Counted from the stretch's first letter, positions 9,086 to 19,380 are shown. The stretch is 64,000 nt of DNA from Acidobacteriota bacterium (GCA_965248695.1 CBDFKD010000002.1:3360001-3424000); one strand, 5' to 3'. Notes: generated by a model from the letters alone, not told the origin. Numbers and translations are program-made.

Positions 9086-9507
9086 CCATCCAGTATGCCG
9101 GCTCGACGCATCGGTTGCCTCGTCGGACGGATCGTTGAGCGCTCCAGGCACCGCCACAGGTGCGCCCGCAGCCCGCGGGCCTGGGCACGTACACCTGCCG
9201 CATAGCATCCCAGTGCCGCCGGGCATGCTTCCATGTACATGGTGCGGAAAGTGCACAAGGCGAGCAAGATGCCTGCACCGATGAAACGGTGGCGCAACGC
9301 CCCGTCGCGGTCCAGCCGTGGATCGGCGGCCTCGAGCTCCACACGTACCTGGTCCAGGACCGCCGCCAAGGTCGTGTAACACCGATCGACATCATCCAGC
9401 GCCGCGGCCGGAATCAGCCCGGCGTCGACGTCGCGTTCCAGACAGATACGGCATCGCGCGAGAACCCTTCGCGCGCTGGCAAACGAGCTACTCACACCGG
9501 TCTCCAC
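9082..9507 (-). CDS. Hypothetical protein, about 141 aa
   Basis: Helical-looking ORF from GTG 9507; stop coupled (ATGA) to the glutaminyl cyclase start; fills the gap before the divergent fbp. Confidence 0.5.
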   Translation of the reverse strand: METGVSSSFASARRVLARCRICLERDVDAGLIPAAALDDVDRCYTTLAAVLDQVRVELEAADPRLDRDGALRHRFIGAGILLALCTFRTMYMEACPAALGCYAAGVRAQARGLRAHLWRCLERSTIRPTRQPMRRAGILDG

Positions 9508-9649
9508 GGTTCGGTTCGTCCTGCAAGCCCTCCACCGAGATGAGACGGGCTGCAGCTGCTTGATTTCGGCTGGAGGCAAGCGAGAATTGCTGGACCGTGT
9601 ACCTTGTACAGAGCTTCCCCCCACTCCAGTGGGCACTCGGAGGACGCTC

Positions 9650-10699
9650 ATGCCCAGCCGTTCGGCCGCAGCGCTGAAGACACCGATCGTCACGCGGCCA
9701 AACCAGATCGTCACCATCGAGCGGCACATCCTCGATCGTCAGGCGTCGCATCCGGATGCCAGCGGTGCCCTATCGCGCCTGCTGTACGACATCGCTCTCA
9801 CCGGCAAGTTGATTGCCCGCGAGGTCACCAAGGCCGGGCTGGTCGACATTCTCGGTGAAACCGGGACGACGAACATTCAGGGCGAGCGTGTACAGAAGCT
9901 CGACGAGTTCGCCAACGAATGCTTCATCAAGAACTTCGACCATGGAGGCATACTGTGCCTCATGGGCTCGGAAGAAGTCGACGACCCGATTCCGATCCCG
10001 GACAAGTTCGCCACCGGCGAGTACGTCCTGCTCTTCGACCCTCTGGACGGGTCCTCGAACATCGACGCCAATGTTTCGATCGGCTCGATCTGGTCCATCT
10101 ACCGCCGCGTCACCGAGCCCGGACACGGAAGCCTGGTCGATCTGCTACGCAAGGGTGCAGAACAGGTGGCGGCCGGGTACATCCTCTACGGCTCGAGCAC
10201 CATGCTGGTGTACACGACCGGCGACGGCGTCTACGGTTTCACGCTCGACCCGAGCCTCGGCGAGTTTCTCCTCTCGCATCCGCGCATCGAGATTCCCAAG
10301 AAGGGCAACGTCTACAGCGTCAACGAGGGCTATCGGAACGTGTTCTTCGAGAGCACTCGACGTTTCCTGGATCATCTCCAGGAAGACGACGCCGCAACCG
10401 GCAGACCGTACTCCGGCCGGTACATCGGTTCGATGGTCGCTGACGTGCACCGCACGCTGCTGTACGGCGGCCTGTTCATGTACCCGGCAACCCAGAGGGC
10501 ACCGGGCGGCAAGCTCCGGCTGATGTACGAGGCGAACCCCATGGGGATGGTCATCGAAGAGGCCGGCGGCATGGCCTCGACCGGTACCGAGCGTATCCTC
10601 GACGTGCAATCCACCGAGTTGCACCAACGTGTACCGCTGTACATGGGGTCGGAGGAAGACGTCCGGTTGGCGGTGGAGTTCGAGACCGGAGTGCGCTAG
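9650..10699 (+). CDS. fbp: Fructose-1,6-bisphosphatase class I
   Basis: [48 protein letters not shown]; GGAGGA RBS before ATG 9650. Confidence 0.96.
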   Translation: MPSRSAAALKTPIVTRPNQIVTIERHILDRQASHPDASGALSRLLYDIALTGKLIAREVTKAGLVDILGETGTTNIQGERVQKLDEFANECFIKNFDHGGILCLMGSEEVDDPIPIPDKFATGEYVLLFDPLDGSSNIDANVSIGSIWSIYRRVTEPGHGSLVDLLRKGAEQVAAGYILYGSSTMLVYTTGDGVYGFTLDPSLGEFLLSHPRIEIPKKGNVYSVNEGYRNVFFESTRRFLDHLQEDDAATGRPYSGRYIGSMVADVHRTLLYGGLFMYPATQRAPGGKLRLMYEANPMGMVIEEAGGMASTGTERILDVQSTELHQRVPLYMGSEEDVRLAVEFETGVR

Positions 10700-10701
10700 C
10701 G

Positions 10702-10737
10702 AGCCCGCCGTGGTGACGGTGTGGCGAGTCCGGTACG
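10702..10737. repeat. Degenerate end of family-A MITE
   Basis: gccgtggtgacggtgtggcgagtccggtac aligns with gccgtggtgaaagtgtggtgggtctggttac; lies just after the fbp CTAG stop. Confidence 0.45.
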
Positions 10738-10814
10738 CGCCGCGACCATCGCGCCCTCCTTGCAGCTCTTGACAGCCGGCCGCAAAGGGTAGGAACCTCC
10801 AACCCATACTCATA

Positions 10815-10842
10815 ATTTTCCGTACCCTATTTTCCGTACCCT
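10815..10842. repeat. Perfect 14-bp tandem duplication (ATTTTCCGTACCCT x2)
   Basis: Units at 10815-10828 and 10829-10842, upstream of fabH. Confidence 0.85.
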
Positions 10843-10921
10843 TCCATCATCCGCGCCATGCTCTCATCCTGCGCGGTAACTGACCGCGGGCTCCTCGTGC
10901 GCCCCCGGCTACAGGCACGAC

Positions 10922-11965
10922 ATGAAGCCGGATCTCGCGATCGGCTACGTGGGCTTTGGTGCCTACGTGCCTTCCACCGTTCTCACCAACCACGACCTCG
11001 AACAGATCGTCGACACCACCGACGAATGGATCCAGCGTCGGACCGGGATCCGTGAGCGGCATATCCTGGCCGAGGACGAGACGATCCTCGACATGGCGGT
11101 GGCGACCGCCCAGCAAGCGCTCGACGACGCCGGCCTGACGGCGGAGCAGATCGGCGACATCCGTGTCGGGGTGAACACCTGGGCGCGCTTCCCGAGCCTC
11201 GCGACCCAGGTGCAGGCGGCAATCGGCGCCACCGGTGCGTCGGCGGCCGACGTCTCCGCCGGCTGCGCCGGGTTCGTCTACGCCGTCGAGGAGGCGTACA
11301 ACAAGATCTACGTCTCGAAGAGGCGCGACGGAGAAGACCTCATCTCGTTGGTGATCGGAGTCGACGGTCTGTCACACATCACCAACTGGAAGGATCGCGG
11401 AACCTGCGTCTTGCTGGGAGACGGTGCCGGCGCCGTGGTCATGCGCCAGGTCGACCGCGGCGGCATTCTGTCGATCCACACGCATGCCGACGGGCGCTAC
11501 GGCGACTACCTGTACTCGGACTCCGTGCTCGAGACGCAGTGGGACCCGGGTGCTCCCGAGCCGTTCTCCAACAAGAAGAAAGGCGTACGTCCCTATCTGC
11601 ACATGAACGGCCGCAAAGTGTACGGCGTCGCGGTACGCACAATGGTGAACGACATCCACGCGGTGGTCGAGAAGTACAATCGCGACAACCCCGACCCCGT
11701 CAGCCTCGACGACGTGAGCTTCGTCTATCCACACCAGGCCAACCTGCGCATCATCGAGAGCGTCGCCAGCAAGCTCGGGATGCCGCTCGACCGCGTTTAC
11801 ACCAACGGGATCATGCACTTCGGCAACACATCGACCGCCTCGATCCCGATCGGGTATCTCGACGTCGACGCGCGTACCAACGGTGCGCCGCGGCGAGGAA
11901 TCGAGATCGACGTCGCCTTCGGCGCCGGGTTCGCCTCCGGGGCGATCCTCCGCGAGGTCGCCTAG
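10922..11965 (+). CDS. fabH: 3-oxoacyl-ACP synthase III family protein
   Basis: DTTDEWIQRRTGIRER, AGCAGF (Cys), GDGAGA, PHQAN (His), GNTSTASIP (Asn), AFGAGF. Confidence 0.9.
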   Translation: MKPDLAIGYVGFGAYVPSTVLTNHDLEQIVDTTDEWIQRRTGIRERHILAEDETILDMAVATAQQALDDAGLTAEQIGDIRVGVNTWARFPSLATQVQAAIGATGASAADVSAGCAGFVYAVEEAYNKIYVSKRRDGEDLISLVIGVDGLSHITNWKDRGTCVLLGDGAGAVVMRQVDRGGILSIHTHADGRYGDYLYSDSVLETQWDPGAPEPFSNKKKGVRPYLHMNGRKVYGVAVRTMVNDIHAVVEKYNRDNPDPVSLDDVSFVYPHQANLRIIESVASKLGMPLDRVYTNGIMHFGNTSTASIPIGYLDVDARTNGAPRRGIEIDVAFGAGFASGAILREVA

Positions 11966-12453
11966 CAGGCCGTGCGTGAGGCAGTGTGGGAGATCGATCC
12001 GCGGCTGCCGATCGCCAACATGCAGCCGTTCGGGCGACTGGTTTCCGAATCGTTGTTGCGCACTTCATTCACCCGCGTGATGCTCGGAGTCGTGGCCCTT
12101 GTGGCGCTGCTGCTCGGCGCGATCGGCATTTATGGCGTCATCGCGTACATCGTCAGCGAGCGCACGCAAGAGATCGGGGTGCGCATCGCCCTGGGTTCGT
12201 CTCGACGGGGAGTCCAGGCGATGGTGGTCTGCCGGGGTCTGGTGCTGGCGGCCGTGGGAATCGCCGTCGGGCTGGGCGCGTCGATAGCCGTCAGCAGCGT
12301 GTTGACGTCGTGCTGTACGAGGTCGACGCGACCGATCCGACGACCTATGCGGGTGTGGTCACTGCACTCGGACTGGTAGCCTTGATCGCCAGCTGGCTAC
12401 CCGCGGTCCGCGCCTCGAGCGTCGACCCCGTAGTAGCCTTACGCGCCGACTGA
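11966..12453 (+). pseudogene. C-terminal remnant of an ADOP/FtsX-type ABC permease, N-terminally truncated and frameshifted
   Basis: GIYGVIAYIVSERTQEIGVRIALG lies in one frame and LYEVDATDP...PAVRASSVDPVVALRAD* in another; 1-nt deficit near 12310; no RBS or N-terminal part. Confidence 0.8.
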
Positions 12454-12479
12454 GTTCCCCGTTCCGTGGACGACCATCG

Positions 12480-13292
12480 ATGCCGAAGCCGACTCGCTTT
12501 CACCACAAGACCGCTGCGTTTGTGGCGACCCTCGCCACCGTCCTGATTGGTGCCGCTGCCGCTGGTGAGCCGCCGCGAGCCGCAGGCCAGGATCGAGCCG
12601 TCAGCTCGCGTGCCGACTGGGAGTATCCGGACGACGGAACCTGGGCCGAGGACTTCCCCAGCTGCGGCCTCCGACACCAGTCACCGATCGACATCGCTCG
12701 TCAGGACATCAACTCGACGCTGCGTCGGCCGCTGGCATTCCACTACGAGACCACCGACTTCACCGCCTTTAACAACGGCCACACGATCGAGCTCGAGGCC
12801 GACGAGGCCATCAACTATATCGAGGCGCGCGGCATCAAGTTCTGGCTGCTGCAGTTCCATTTCCACAGCGCGGCCGAACATCGCGTCCCGGCGCGCGGCG
12901 TAGCGCGGGGCGCCGAACGCACCCACGGGGCAATGGTGACACACCTGGTACATCAGTCGGATACCGGGATCCTGGCGGTGGTTGCGCGCGTTTTCGCCCT
13001 CGGCGACGCGAACCCGACGGTCGACGAGATCTGGCGTCCCAGGCTCCGAAACCAGGACGTCAACGTGCACCTGCGGCTGAACCCTGAAGACCTGCTACCG
13101 CGAGATCGCAGCGTGTACCAATACAACGGGTCGCTGACCACCCCGCCGTGCACCCAGCAGGTCCGCTGGAACGTAATCCGCAAGCTAGGACAGGTCGATC
13201 AGGATCAGGTCGATTTCTTCACGGGGATCTTCCCGCTGAGCACCCGCAACCTGCAGCCGTTGAACTCGCGCGCGATCTTCCGGACGCAGTAG
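12480..13292 (+). CDS. Alpha-class carbonic anhydrase, secreted
   Basis: Signal peptide; QSPIDI, NNGHT, QFHFH, EH, HLVH, YNGSLTTPPC. Confidence 0.88.
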   Translation: MPKPTRFHHKTAAFVATLATVLIGAAAAGEPPRAAGQDRAVSSRADWEYPDDGTWAEDFPSCGLRHQSPIDIARQDINSTLRRPLAFHYETTDFTAFNNGHTIELEADEAINYIEARGIKFWLLQFHFHSAAEHRVPARGVARGAERTHGAMVTHLVHQSDTGILAVVARVFALGDANPTVDEIWRPRLRNQDVNVHLRLNPEDLLPRDRSVYQYNGSLTTPPCTQQVRWNVIRKLGQVDQDQVDFFTGIFPLSTRNLQPLNSRAIFRTQ

Positions 13293-13294
13293 GG

Positions 13295-14740
13295 TCAGCT
13301 CAGCCCGAAGGCGTAGAGCGTGCCGCGAGTGCGTACATAGATCCGACCGTCGGCGATCGCAGGCGTGGCGTAGCACAGGTCGTCGAGATCCGACACGGAG
13401 ACCGGCTCCAGCCCTCCGTCCGGCTCGAGCACGGACAGCATACCGAGCTCCGACAGCATGAAGACCTTGCCGTCGGCGGCGATGGGCGAGGCGTAGTACT
13501 GATCGACGGCCCCCTTCAAACGGCCTTGCTTGATCACCTCACCGGTCTGCGGATTGAACGATGTAACGATGCCACCATCGTTCACCATGTACAGAACATC
13601 GTTGTAGATGAGCGGTGACGGCAGCTGGGGGACGGCGCGGTTGTACTCCCAGAGCAGATTCTCCTCGGTCATGTCGCCGCGGCCGCCCAGACGGATCGCC
13701 AGCATGCCGTTGCGGCTCTCCAGCGCCGCCCGCAGGTACGCCCATTCCTCCGCATCGAGAGTCTCGTTGAGGTTCAGATCAGCGAGATAGAACCAGTTCC
13801 GAGCTCGGTTCGCCGGCATTTCCTGGCTGTTGATCACCTCGTCGCCGTCGGCATCAAGCTCGGCCACAACCTCGGCGAACGGCGCCAGGAAGACCTGGTT
13901 GCCGGGCTGGTTGATCGGCGCACCATAGCCGTTGATGTACGCGACATCGTCCAGGATCACCGGCGTCGACTTGATCTCGAACGACAGGCCCCGAACCCAC
14001 CAGATCTTCTCGCCGGTGTCCGGATCGTAGGAGTCGAGCAAGAAGGAGCCCGGCAAGATCAGCTGCGTATCGCCCTCCGGCGACTTCCATAGCACTGGCG
14101 TCGAATGCCCGCTCTTGGCTTCGGGACGCTGAACCTCCCAGATCGTCTCGCCGGTGTCCTTGTGCACAGCGAGCATGAAGGATCCGACGTTCTGGTCGCA
14201 CACCAGAATCACCTTGTCGTCGACGACCACCGGCGATGCGCCCATTCCATAGATGTTGTTGAACGGCCCCAGGGGCACGCGCCAGCGCTCCTCACCGTCG
14301 AACGTGTACGACAGCAGGCCAAAGTCGGGAAAGAACACGTATATCGAGCCGTCGGCGATCGCAGGGCTCGGCGACGCCGCGTTGTTGCGATTGTCGAAGA
14401 AGTCGGCCCGCGGTCGCGGCGCCTCGCGCTGCCACAGCACCGCACCGCTCTCGCGATCGAGCGCCATCGTCAACAGACGCTCGTCCTCGGTGGCGGTCAG
14501 GAAGATCCGTCGCTCCGACAGTACCGGCGACGAATGGCCCTCCGCTAATTCGGTTTTCCAGATGACGTTGGTGTCGGGCCCGAAGGTCGTCGGCAGCGCA
14601 CCGGTCTCGACTACGCCCGACCCGTTCGGACCGCGAAACCGCGTCCAGTCCTCGTTTGCCGCCACTGGGCGTGCGCCGATCGCGGCGGGGAGGGCAGCCA
14701 ACAGCAGCATCGCCGTAAGAGTCGTGCGCATCGGTGTCAT
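13295..14740 (-). CDS. PQQ-binding-like (BamB-like) beta-propeller protein with EF-hand-like insert
   Basis: Signal peptide; WTRFRGPNGSG; repeated SSP/STP..G...W blades; DADGDEVINSQE and DLNLNETLDAEE loops. Confidence 0.85.
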   Translation of the reverse strand: MTPMRTTLTAMLLLAALPAAIGARPVAANEDWTRFRGPNGSGVVETGALPTTFGPDTNVIWKTELAEGHSSPVLSERRIFLTATEDERLLTMALDRESGAVLWQREAPRPRADFFDNRNNAASPSPAIADGSIYVFFPDFGLLSYTFDGEERWRVPLGPFNNIYGMGASPVVVDDKVILVCDQNVGSFMLAVHKDTGETIWEVQRPEAKSGHSTPVLWKSPEGDTQLILPGSFLLDSYDPDTGEKIWWVRGLSFEIKSTPVILDDVAYINGYGAPINQPGNQVFLAPFAEVVAELDADGDEVINSQEMPANRARNWFYLADLNLNETLDAEEWAYLRAALESRNGMLAIRLGGRGDMTEENLLWEYNRAVPQLPSPLIYNDVLYMVNDGGIVTSFNPQTGEVIKQGRLKGAVDQYYASPIAADGKVFMLSELGMLSVLEPDGGLEPVSVSDLDDLCYATPAIADGRIYVRTRGTLYAFGLS

Positions 14741-14823
14741 CCGTTGTCGCCGGAGACATCGGCCACGGTTTGCGCCGAGGACACCAGCCGTTGCTGGGAG
14801 CGAGTTGACTGTATCATCGGGCG

Positions 14824-15102
14824 ATGGGTAGCCGCAGGGGTCTTTTTGTGGCGGTCGGGGCGCTCGTTGCCGGCCTGCTGGCGTTGATCATCTATTCGAG
14901 CCTGGGCCTGGCGCAGGTCACGGGCGAGATCTGCTTCACCTTCAACGGCCGCACCGAATGCCGCGTCGCGTCGGGAACGACGCGTGAGGAGACCATACGG
15001 ACGGCCGCCGAGATGGCCTGCTCCGCGATCGCGTCGGGTATGACGGAACGCATCAACTGCACGCAGTCACGACCCACCCGCATCGAGTGGAGTGGCGAAT
15101 AG
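14824..15102 (+). CDS. Small membrane-anchored protein with four cysteines, 92 aa
   Basis: N-terminal TM helix, then C..FNGRTEC...AC..IASG....C; TATCAT 6 nt before ATG. Confidence 0.75.
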   Translation: MGSRRGLFVAVGALVAGLLALIIYSSLGLAQVTGEICFTFNGRTECRVASGTTREETIRTAAEMACSAIASGMTERINCTQSRPTRIEWSGE

Positions 15103-15120
15103 CCTGGATCGACTAGTGGC

Positions 15121-16755
15121 CTAGCGCCCGCTGCCGGCCCGCATTCTGGCGCTGAGATCGCGGCCATCCAGGTCACCAGGCGCTCGGATTCCGAGCAGCG
15201 CGGCAAGCGTCGGTGCGAGATCCGCAGTAGAGGCAACCTCGTCGTGCTGGCCGGCAGCGACGCCGGGACCGGCGATGATCATCGGCACATGCGAGTCGTA
15301 GTCGAACACGCTTCCGTGGGTCGTGCCCATCGACGGATCGTCCAGCACGTAGTCGTGATACTGAACAACGAGGTCAGGACTGCGGCGCGGAAAGTAGTTG
15401 TTCCGATAACGCTGGGTCTGTGCATCAGCGACGCTGCTGGCGCGGATCAGCTCTGTCGACGTCCAGACGCGCTCGACCACGGCACACTCGCTCAGGATCT
15501 CGGCAAGCTCTCGCTCCACGTCGGCCTTATCGCGTAGCTGCCGCTCGATCACCGACTCGTCCAGATAGAAGTCGCTCTCGATCCAGGGGTGATCACCGAG
15601 CCTGTCGCGTAGTCGCGCACCGGCCTGCTGGACGCACAGAAGATCGTCACCGCCGAGCCGCTTGCCCTCCCTACCCTGCGACGCTTCATACTCCGGCATC
15701 AGCTGAACACCATGATCGGCGCTCAGCGCCATCATCACGTGATCGGAGCCGATGCGCTCGTCGATGAACTCGAACAGCTCGCCGAGGCGCAGGTCGAGCC
15801 GGAACAGGATGTCGAGAACTTCCGGCGCGTTGGGCCCATAGGAGTGGCCGACGTAGTCGAGCGATGAGAACGACAGGCCCAGAAAATCGATGCTGGCGTC
15901 CGTCCCGAGATCCTCCTGGACGATCATCTCCTCGGCCAGCTCTGCCAGATACCAGTCGCCCCAAGGGCTTTCCGGGATTCGCGCGTAGAACTCGATGCCC
16001 GGATCCGGATACGACCAGCCGAGCACGTGCGGAAACCCCAGCGCGAAGCCCCCGGTGTCGATCTGCTCGACGTCGACCTCCGACCAGAGACGCTCGAGGA
16101 TCGCGGGTTCCCAAGCCGTCCCATAGAACTGGCGCAGCCGTTCCTCGTCGTTGAACTCCTGCACCCAGAGCCGATCCGCGGCGCCGTAGTAGCTGCTGCT
16201 CGTCCAGCCACCGGTGCTGCCGTCGTACCAGAACGCGCCGTCGGCGTTCTGGCCCCCCAGCATGACCGCGGAGCGATCCTTGATGCTGGCGGTGAACACC
16301 TTCGTCCGCGGATCCGCCGCTTTCATCCAGTCTCCGATCGCCGTCCCATGCAGGTGTACCGGCGAACGCTGCGACGCGGGCCCCGCGGCGTAGACCGAGA
16401 CGTTGCTCCGACGGTCGTACCACGAGTTGCCGACGATGCCCGATCTCGCCGGCTCGAGCCCGGTGGAGATCGTCGCGTGCCCCGGCGCCGTCGCCGTCAT
16501 CGAATGGTTCTGGTGCGCGTCGGTAAACACCGCGCCGGTATCGAGCAGGCGCGCGAGCCCACCGGTAAGGAATGGCCGGAACCGAACCAGGTAGTCGTAG
16601 CGCGCCTGGTCGATGGCGATGATCAGCAGCAACGAGGGCCCGTCGCCCCGCGGCGTCGGCGCCGGCACGGGCGTCGGGGCTGAGGCACATCGCACCATCA
16701 GCAGCGGCACCATACAGACGAGCACGAAGCGCAGAACGATCGGTTTGCGAAGCAA
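15121..16755 (-). CDS. Alkaline phosphatase superfamily protein (PafA/NPP-like, Thr nucleophile)
   Basis: IAIDQARYD, TAPGHAT, KDRSA, DYVGH, SADHG, THGS..YD; signal peptide; exact start uncertain. Confidence 0.88.
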   Translation of the reverse strand: MLRKPIVLRFVLVCMVPLLMVRCASAPTPVPAPTPRGDGPSLLLIIAIDQARYDYLVRFRPFLTGGLARLLDTGAVFTDAHQNHSMTATAPGHATISTGLEPARSGIVGNSWYDRRSNVSVYAAGPASQRSPVHLHGTAIGDWMKAADPRTKVFTASIKDRSAVMLGGQNADGAFWYDGSTGGWTSSSYYGAADRLWVQEFNDEERLRQFYGTAWEPAILERLWSEVDVEQIDTGGFALGFPHVLGWSYPDPGIEFYARIPESPWGDWYLAELAEEMIVQEDLGTDASIDFLGLSFSSLDYVGHSYGPNAPEVLDILFRLDLRLGELFEFIDERIGSDHVMMALSADHGVQLMPEYEASQGREGKRLGGDDLLCVQQAGARLRDRLGDHPWIESDFYLDESVIERQLRDKADVERELAEILSECAVVERVWTSTELIRASSVADAQTQRYRNNYFPRRSPDLVVQYHDYVLDDPSMGTTHGSVFDYDSHVPMIIAGPGVAAGQHDEVASTADLAPTLAALLGIRAPGDLDGRDLSARMRAGSGR

Positions 16756-16786
16756 GTAGGCGGGCTCGCGGGTAGCTTGGACGCGG

Positions 16787-19126
16787 CTAGAAGTCGAACG
16801 ACCGCGTCATCTTGGCGATCACGGCCTGATCCATCAATCCGTAGAATTCCGGATCGTAGCGTACGGTCGACTTGTAGACCAGAAAGAGATCGTCGCCCGT
16901 ACGGTGAATGAAATTCAGGCGCGCGAAGATCGCAAGCCGATCCGCGATGCTGTTGTATTGCACCAGCGCGCTCGTCAGCCAGCGCTCGCTGAAGTTGTAC
17001 GACGCTCGCATGCTAGCCACATGGGTGTCGAAAGCGTCGGCCGGCAGCTGAATCTTGTTGAAGTCGTATCGCGGCGACAGCGACAGCTTCTCGTTGAAGC
17101 GCATCGCCAGGCTGCCACCGTAGGAGCGCCTCGTGCCGTCGAAGAAGCCGCCGCCGCTAGCATTCACGCGACCGCTGAGCCGCCGCGCCCGGTAGGTCTC
17201 GAACGACACTCGCCACACATTGGTGCTGTAGTCGCCGACTCCGATCTCAGCCTGGTCGGAAACCTCGAACGGTGTGCGAATGCGCTCGAAGCTCCGCTGC
17301 ACCATGATGCTCGCGGAGTCTCCCGACTCGAGCTGATAACGAGTCCACAGGGTGTTCTCGCGCGTCTCCAGGTTTCCGGCAGTGTCGGTGGTGTACTCGA
17401 CGTTGGCGAAGACCATTATCTGGCGCATCCACGACCAGCTCGGTCGAGGCTTCCAGCCCAGCCGATACGCCTGGCGAATCATGTCATGGCGACGGATAAA
17501 GCCCATATCGGTGACGAAGTCCGGATCGACGTACGCGTAGCTCGCCTGGGCGCTCCAAAGATCGCTGTCCCAGCCGGCGTCGAACGCGCCGACATACTTT
17601 GCGGTGCCGACCTCGGAGTCGTGCGCCCGCGCGACGTAGCCGCGCACGCTCATGTGATCGAAGAATCGGAAGCTGGCATCAACCCCGCCGACGCGATTGT
17701 GCGCCCCGCCGCCCTGGACGTTGGTGAGGATCACTCCCACCGAGGAACGCTCGAGGATGTCCTGCTTGAGCCGCAAGGTCGTGTGGTTACGGCCTATGTA
17801 GCCGAGATCGCCGTTGCTGCCCGTCTGCGCGTTGATGAAACCGATGCTGGTGTTGCCCATCTTGCCGGTCAGCTTGGCGCCGTACCGCATGGTGACGGGC
17901 GTCCCGTCGAACAATCCGATGTTGCGGGAGTGGTACAGGAGGGTGTTCGATCCGCCGCGCCCCCGTTCTCCGCCGCCGCCAAACGCGAACTTGTCCGACC
18001 CTTCCAGAAAGAACTCTCGCCGTTCCGGGAAAAAGAGCGGAAAGCGCGTCAGGTTGACGCGCTCCTCGTCGTCCTCCACCTGGGCGAAGTCGGTGTTGAC
18101 GGTGAGATCCGCGGTCAGATTGGGGGAGATCTGTACCTTGAAGTCCTCGATACCGAAATCGCCAGTGCCCTCGGTGAACGGAGAGTCCGAGGCGTCGAGC
18201 GCCGTGTAGCCGCCGGTGGCATACGGCTTCAAGCGATAACGGCCGGTGAGCTTCAGGCTTCGAAGACCGAGCAGATGGCCACCCTGGGAGATATTGCGGA
18301 AGTCGAAGCCGCGCCGGTAGTTGCTCCAGTTGACCTCCTCGTTGGTGCGACGGATCTCGCGCTTGAAGTCGATGCCCCATACGTGCGCCCCGGCATCGAA
18401 CCGCAGTGCCTTGAACGGAATCTGCATCTCCGCCTCCCACCCCTTGGGTGTGACGCGTGCGGCCGCCTCCCACTTCTCGTCCCACTGCGAGTTGAGGTTG
18501 CGCTCGCCTTGCAGTGTGGCGTCGTACTTCGTGCCCAGAGCGTTGACGCGGAACAGGAAGCCGTTGCGGTGATCGTGGAAGGTGTCCAGCAGCACGGCGA
18601 TGGTGTCGTCGGTCTCCAGGCGACTGTCGCGGCGCAGCTCGGTGGCAACGATACGGTCGGGCTCGTCGTCGTACATGACGAAGCCGAGATACAGGTAGTC
18701 ATCGTCGAAGAGAATCCTGACCTCGGTACGCTGGGACGGGACTCCCGCCTCGACGGGCTCGCGTTGTAGGAAATCGGTGACCACCTCCGCTAGCTTCCAG
18801 ACGTCGTCGTCGACGTGCCCGTCGATACGCGGCGGGGTCGGCGCCTCGGTCGCCGCCATGCGCTTGCCGCCGGGGCCGATCTCGATTTCTTCCGCCGGCG
18901 TTGGCGCCCGCTTCGACGCGATCGCCGCGGGGTCAGCCGCCGCAGCTTCCAGAGCCTCGCGTAGCTCCTGCGCAGCCTCGTCACGTTGTTGCTCGGCGAG
19001 AGCCTGCAGCGCGGCAACGGCCTCGGTCGGTGCTGCCGCGAGAATCACCGCGGTCATTGCAGCGCCCACGAGCATCGATCGCAGCGCGCGCCGGTACCCG
19101 CGGCTCGCCGTAGAGTTGATCGTCAA
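16787..19126 (-). CDS. DUF5916 / CBM9-like domain outer-membrane protein
   Basis: PRIDGHVDDDVW, DTFHDHRNGFLF, NTDFAQVE, NLTRFPLFFPERREFFLEG; C-terminal Phe. Start uncertain (TTG 19126 or ATG 19075). Confidence 0.85.
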   Translation of the reverse strand: MTINSTASRGYRRALRSMLVGAAMTAVILAAAPTEAVAALQALAEQQRDEAAQELREALEAAAADPAAIASKRAPTPAEEIEIGPGGKRMAATEAPTPPRIDGHVDDDVWKLAEVVTDFLQREPVEAGVPSQRTEVRILFDDDYLYLGFVMYDDEPDRIVATELRRDSRLETDDTIAVLLDTFHDHRNGFLFRVNALGTKYDATLQGERNLNSQWDEKWEAAARVTPKGWEAEMQIPFKALRFDAGAHVWGIDFKREIRRTNEEVNWSNYRRGFDFRNISQGGHLLGLRSLKLTGRYRLKPYATGGYTALDASDSPFTEGTGDFGIEDFKVQISPNLTADLTVNTDFAQVEDDEERVNLTRFPLFFPERREFFLEGSDKFAFGGGGERGRGGSNTLLYHSRNIGLFDGTPVTMRYGAKLTGKMGNTSIGFINAQTGSNGDLGYIGRNHTTLRLKQDILERSSVGVILTNVQGGGAHNRVGGVDASFRFFDHMSVRGYVARAHDSEVGTAKYVGAFDAGWDSDLWSAQASYAYVDPDFVTDMGFIRRHDMIRQAYRLGWKPRPSWSWMRQIMVFANVEYTTDTAGNLETRENTLWTRYQLESGDSASIMVQRSFERIRTPFEVSDQAEIGVGDYSTNVWRVSFETYRARRLSGRVNASGGGFFDGTRRSYGGSLAMRFNEKLSLSPRYDFNKIQLPADAFDTHVASMRASYNFSERWLTSALVQYNSIADRLAIFARLNFIHRTGDDLFLVYKSTVRYDPEFYGLMDQAVIAKMTRSFDF

Positions 19127-19380
19127 GTGTATTCTCGGCCTCTGAAGCGCCCCCACGGCGACCAGGAAAGTGGCGCCCGAGCGTTCCATTCCACTGTAGC
19201 GATCCGACATCAGCCCAACAATGCGAAAACGCCCGTCTCGCAAGTTCTTACCGTGCTCCTGACACTCCTTTACCGGCGCCTCGCCAGGCCACCGTGCGGC
19301 ACCGGAACCACCGCGACTTCGAAGGGCGCCCGTGGCACAGTCTAGGCATTGGATCGGCTCCTCCGCCCCAACCGGAAAAG

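Noticed and set aside
8114-9382. Extended N-termini given by the ORF track (also 5041, 19294, 19399, 24988, 26947, 45823, 49935, 55345, 57986, 58759)
   Set aside because: They overlap neighbouring genes or intergenic elements; downstream starts have better RBS, coupling or signal-peptide support.
16904-18769. 621-aa plus-strand ORF, and similar long antisense ORFs at 6427, 35165 and 38660
   Set aside because: Each lies opposite a well-supported gene; long shadow frames are expected at high GC.
19333-19348. Second sigma54 promoter (TGGCACAGTCTAGGCA) before the LVIVD gene
   Set aside because: Spacing fits, but the -12 element lacks TT and I saw no supporting upstream palindrome; too weak to call.
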